Part shown: piece after piece, positions 8,627 through 11,137 of the stretch
How positions within the stretch are numbered: position 1 is the stretch's first letter
How the letters are laid out: every line of letters starts with the position of its first letter
IMG/VR virus record: IMGVR_UViG_2554235127_000004
Direction: 5' to 3' (one strand)
Length of the DNA: 11,137 nt
Source of the DNA: a virus
Taxonomy: Duplodnaviria > Heunggongvirae > Uroviricota > Caudoviricetes
Position numbers and translations under genes: made by a program
Notes under the pieces: model-generated
What the model saw: only the letters and a program-made list of their open reading frames with translations
Databases searched by the model: none
What the model was told of the DNA's origin: nothing

Positions 8627-8633
8627 ATGAAAA

Positions 8634-9152
8634 TCACAGGCCGATATTGCGGCGGTGTTGCTCCAGTCGGTCGACGCCGTTCACCTTCTCAATCATGTTG
8701 ATGGTGTCAATTTCGACCAGCTCCTTACCGTCCATCGTCAGCCGGAAATAGGTGCAGACCACGGAGATTTTCGACTCGGTGTCTTCTCCCTGTTTGCCCT
8801 CGCCGGTGTCGATTTCTTTCTGACGTCCACGCATGACCACCTCGACGGCCACCGTTTCGCCGGTATCGTCGCGCTGGTAAGAGCCTGCAAAACGAATCGG
8901 CACGGCATCCACGCCGGTTGCGGCGTAAAGCTCCCAGATAACCGAATCCGGGAAGCCACCGAGCGACCACTCCATTGACAGCGCATCGTCATCAAGGCCG
9001 AGGTCTACCGGTGCGCTGCCGTTCATCCCCGCACCGCGATAGTTTTCGAGCTTACGGGTCAGTTTTGGCAGCGTGACGGACTTCGCGACGCCCTGATAGC
9101 TGTAGCCGTTCAGAAAGACGTTCATTAACTTGAGTTTGCGCGGCATTGCCAT
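8634..9152 (-). CDS. FII: Tail tube protein (P2 gpFII-like)
   Basis: 172-aa ORF starting MAMPRKLKLMNVFLNGYSYQGVAKS, 12 bp downstream of the FI stop with a GGAG RBS. Confidence 0.92.
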   Translation of the reverse strand: MAMPRKLKLMNVFLNGYSYQGVAKSVTLPKLTRKLENYRGAGMNGSAPVDLGLDDDALSMEWSLGGFPDSVIWELYAATGVDAVPIRFAGSYQRDDTGETVAVEVVMRGRQKEIDTGEGKQGEDTESKISVVCTYFRLTMDGKELVEIDTINMIEKVNGVDRLEQHRRNIGL

Positions 9153-9164
9153 CGGTCAGGCTCC

Positions 9165-10355
9165 TTAATTGCTGTTAACCGAGGTGACCAGATTTGCCAG
9201 GTATTTATCGGTAATACGCTGGCGCAGGGTCAGGTTTTCGAGAGGAGGCACCGGTGTATAGTCGTAGTCGATATACAGTTTTCCGGCCTTGAGGGTTTCC
9301 GCATCGTTGGATTCTTCGCTGAACCAGCATGAGCCATCCACGATATAGCCGTTTGTTTTCAGCTCACGGAATTTGGCATTGATGCCGTCAACGATATCGC
9401 GAATCAGCGTTGCGGTGATGGGCTTGTCCACCGCCCACATGTGCGCCTCAGCCATCGTGTCGGCCAGCACCTGCGCGGTGCGGGTGTAGTTTTCAAAGAG
9501 AAACAGCGGGTCATCAGAGCAGGTACGGTTACCCCAGAAGCGGAAACCGTCGCGGCGAATCAGCGTAGTGACGCCTGACTCGTTAAGCAGGTCAGCATCG
9601 GTGCCGGACTCCTGCAAATCCCAGAATACAGAGGCGCTGATGCCGGTAACACCGTTTACCCCGACGTTGGACAGCGTTTTATGCCAGCCCTGCTCCTGGT
9701 CGATTTTAGCGCGCAGACCCAGCGCACGGGCGGTGGCATACGCGGTGGCGGTGGTACTGGTAACCGTATCCCATGCGAGGAAATCCGGCCAGATGACCAT
9801 CAGCTCACGCTGGCTGAAATTCTGGCGGTAGGCTTTCACCTCGGAAATGGTTTTACAGCCCCATGCGCTGATATACCCGAAAGCGCGCAGCTTCTGACAG
9901 ACGGATGCCAGTGCAACAGCCACCTCTTTGGTATCCAGTCCCGGCACACCGAGAATACGCGGTTTAACACCGGTTACCGACTCCGCCGCCAGCAGGGCTT
10001 TCAGTCCGGTGTACTGACCGTTTTCGTCAGTGGTGCCGATGATATTGGAAACGGTCTGCGCGAGTTTCGTTTCTTCGTCGTCGCCGGTTCCGTCTTCCAC
10101 GCGCACGACAACGGTGACCGGTTTTGACTGGTCAGCGATGGCCTGCAACGATGCCGCCAGCGTGCCTTTTTTACCGGCCTTTGCAATCGCGCTCTGCACA
10201 TTGGTGATCAGCACCGGTTTATTGACGGGGAAGGTTTCCGCATCCGCATCGCTGGCCGTGCAGACCATGCCAACAATGGCGGTGGATACGGTGGAAATGA
10301 CGCGGGTGCCGTCGTTAATCTCCAGCACCTGCACGCCGTGATGATAGTCACTCAT
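9165..10355 (-). CDS. FI: Contractile tail sheath protein (P2 gpFI-like)
   Basis: 396-aa ORF starting MSDYHHGVQVLEINDGTRVIS, first gene of the FI-FII-E-T-U-D order; GGAG RBS upstream. Confidence 0.92.
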   Translation of the reverse strand: MSDYHHGVQVLEINDGTRVISTVSTAIVGMVCTASDADAETFPVNKPVLITNVQSAIAKAGKKGTLAASLQAIADQSKPVTVVVRVEDGTGDDEETKLAQTVSNIIGTTDENGQYTGLKALLAAESVTGVKPRILGVPGLDTKEVAVALASVCQKLRAFGYISAWGCKTISEVKAYRQNFSQRELMVIWPDFLAWDTVTSTTATAYATARALGLRAKIDQEQGWHKTLSNVGVNGVTGISASVFWDLQESGTDADLLNESGVTTLIRRDGFRFWGNRTCSDDPLFLFENYTRTAQVLADTMAEAHMWAVDKPITATLIRDIVDGINAKFRELKTNGYIVDGSCWFSEESNDAETLKAGKLYIDYDYTPVPPLENLTLRQRITDKYLANLVTSVNSN

Positions 10356-10414
10356 CCGTTTAACTCCGTGGTTAATGGGTGAGTGATATTTTCAGTTGTG
10401 CCGGAGATGTCAGG

Positions 10415-11008
10415 CTATTTGTCCCGGTTGGCTAAGGGATGACACAATTTATTCTTTGTCGCTGATGAGGGGAATTTTTTATAGAGCGTGGACAGGCCAA
10501 TATCAAAAATCAGCGCCACACGTTGACGAGATTCCCCCGCAGCCAGCAACCGTCCGACCTGCTCCCACTCACCCGCAGTGAGTTTCGGTCGTCTGCCACC
10601 AATACGACCTTTGGCTCTGGCCGCTTCCAGTCCGGCGCGTGTCCGCTCGACAATGAGTTCTCGCTCCATTTCAGCCAGGGCACCCATCACATGAAAGAAA
10701 AAACGCCCCATCGGCGTGCTGGTATCAATAGCATCCGTCAGGCTGCGAAAATTAACGCCGCGTTCGCGCAGTTCCTCAACCAGAATGACCAGATGCCGCA
10801 TACTACGCCCCAGCCTGTCCAGCTTCCAGACCACCAGTGTATCCCCCTCAGATAATGTTCTGAGCAGTTTTTTCAGTCCCGGTCGGTCGGACTTTGTGCC
10901 GCTGATTTTATCCTCAAAAATCAGCTCACATCCTGCACACTCCAGCGCATTACGCTGCAATTCCGTATTCTGGTCATTTGTTGATACGCGGACATAGCCA
11001 ATAAGCAT
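10415..11008 (-). CDS. Serine recombinase, DNA invertase of the Gin/Hin/Cin/Pin family
   Basis: From the ATG at 11008 the frame encodes MLIGYVRVSTNDQNTELQRNALECAGCE...VVWKLDRLGRSM...GRFFFHVMGALAEMERELIVERT...STLYKK. It has the catalytic serine in the GYVRVSTNDQ motif and a C-terminal helix-turn-helix, and resembles Mu Gin as recalled. The track ORF has a 29-codon upstream extension that is probably not translated. Confidence 0.85.
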   Translation of the reverse strand: MLIGYVRVSTNDQNTELQRNALECAGCELIFEDKISGTKSDRPGLKKLLRTLSEGDTLVVWKLDRLGRSMRHLVILVEELRERGVNFRSLTDAIDTSTPMGRFFFHVMGALAEMERELIVERTRAGLEAARAKGRIGGRRPKLTAGEWEQVGRLLAAGESRQRVALIFDIGLSTLYKKFPSSATKNKLCHPLANRDK

Positions 11009-11063
11009 GATGGATCCCCTGAATAAAAACCGGAGATGATGCCACTTGCCCGTTATCTCTGCA

Positions 11064-11089
11064 TTTTCATAAACGTTGGTTTGGGAACA
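11064..11089. other. Candidate 26-bp invertase crossover site (gix/hix/cix-like)
   Basis: TTTTCATAAACG-TT-GGTTTGGGAACA: two imperfect inverted 12-bp half-sites around a 2-bp core with the conserved AAAC(C/G)-NN-GGTTT centre. By my own alignment it matches recalled gixL at 17 of 26 and hixL at 18 of 26 positions. It lies 56 bp upstream of the invertase ATG. Confidence 0.5.
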
Positions 11090-11137
11090 CTGCAATCATC
11101 CTTCACAGATAAAACGGGTAAAATTGCATTAAATGGC

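Larger units (their letters stand above)
3642..11137. mobile_element. P2-like prophage, right arm (ogr-proximal end through tail operon and invertase); continues beyond the window
   Basis: Contiguous gene order and protein lengths match P2 ogr, D, U, T, E/E', FII, FI, all on the - strand. The left boundary is placed where the pflA reading frame departs from the recalled host sequence. Confidence 0.85.

Noticed and set aside
8234-8995. ORFs overlapping E and FII on either strand (8234-8701, 8244-8630, 8655-8978, 8725-8970, 8738-8995)
   Set aside because: They overlap the better-supported E and FII genes in other frames and are Arg-rich read-through frames. The real extra coding capacity here is the start-less E' frame, which is reported separately.
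9568-10341. ORFs inside FI (9568-9831, 9681-10127, 10001-10201, 10030-10341)
   Set aside because: They are alternative frames or the antisense strand of the sheath gene, with no independent support.
10396-10997. + strand ORFs antisense to the invertase (10396-10581, 10523-10855, 10716-10997)
   Set aside because: They are antisense to a well-supported serine recombinase and rich in Ser/Arg/Pro, which is the antisense composition signature.
1-11137. CRISPR arrays, insertion sequences, or a defence or toxin-antitoxin operon
   Set aside because: No regularly spaced direct repeats, no transposase-like ORF, and no unexplained gene-sized gaps. Every ORF of meaningful length is accounted for by focA, pflB or the P2-like tail module and invertase. 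Any variable cargo would lie outside the window.

Overview
Enterobacterial (E. coli-like) chromosome carrying focA and pflB on the + strand, followed by the right arm of a P2-like prophage that interrupts pflA after its fifth codon. The prophage part (about 3642 to the window end) encodes, all on the - strand, the P2 late tail operon FI-FII-E/E'-T-U-D followed by ogr, with a Gin/Hin/Cin/Pin-family serine invertase directly upstream of FI and a candidate 26-bp crossover site at the window edge. All protein identifications rest on recalled similarity to known proteins, not on a database search. I found no defence system or clearly novel gene inside the window; the most interesting points are the insertion into pflA and the invertase, which implies a switchable tail-fibre segment just beyond the right edge.
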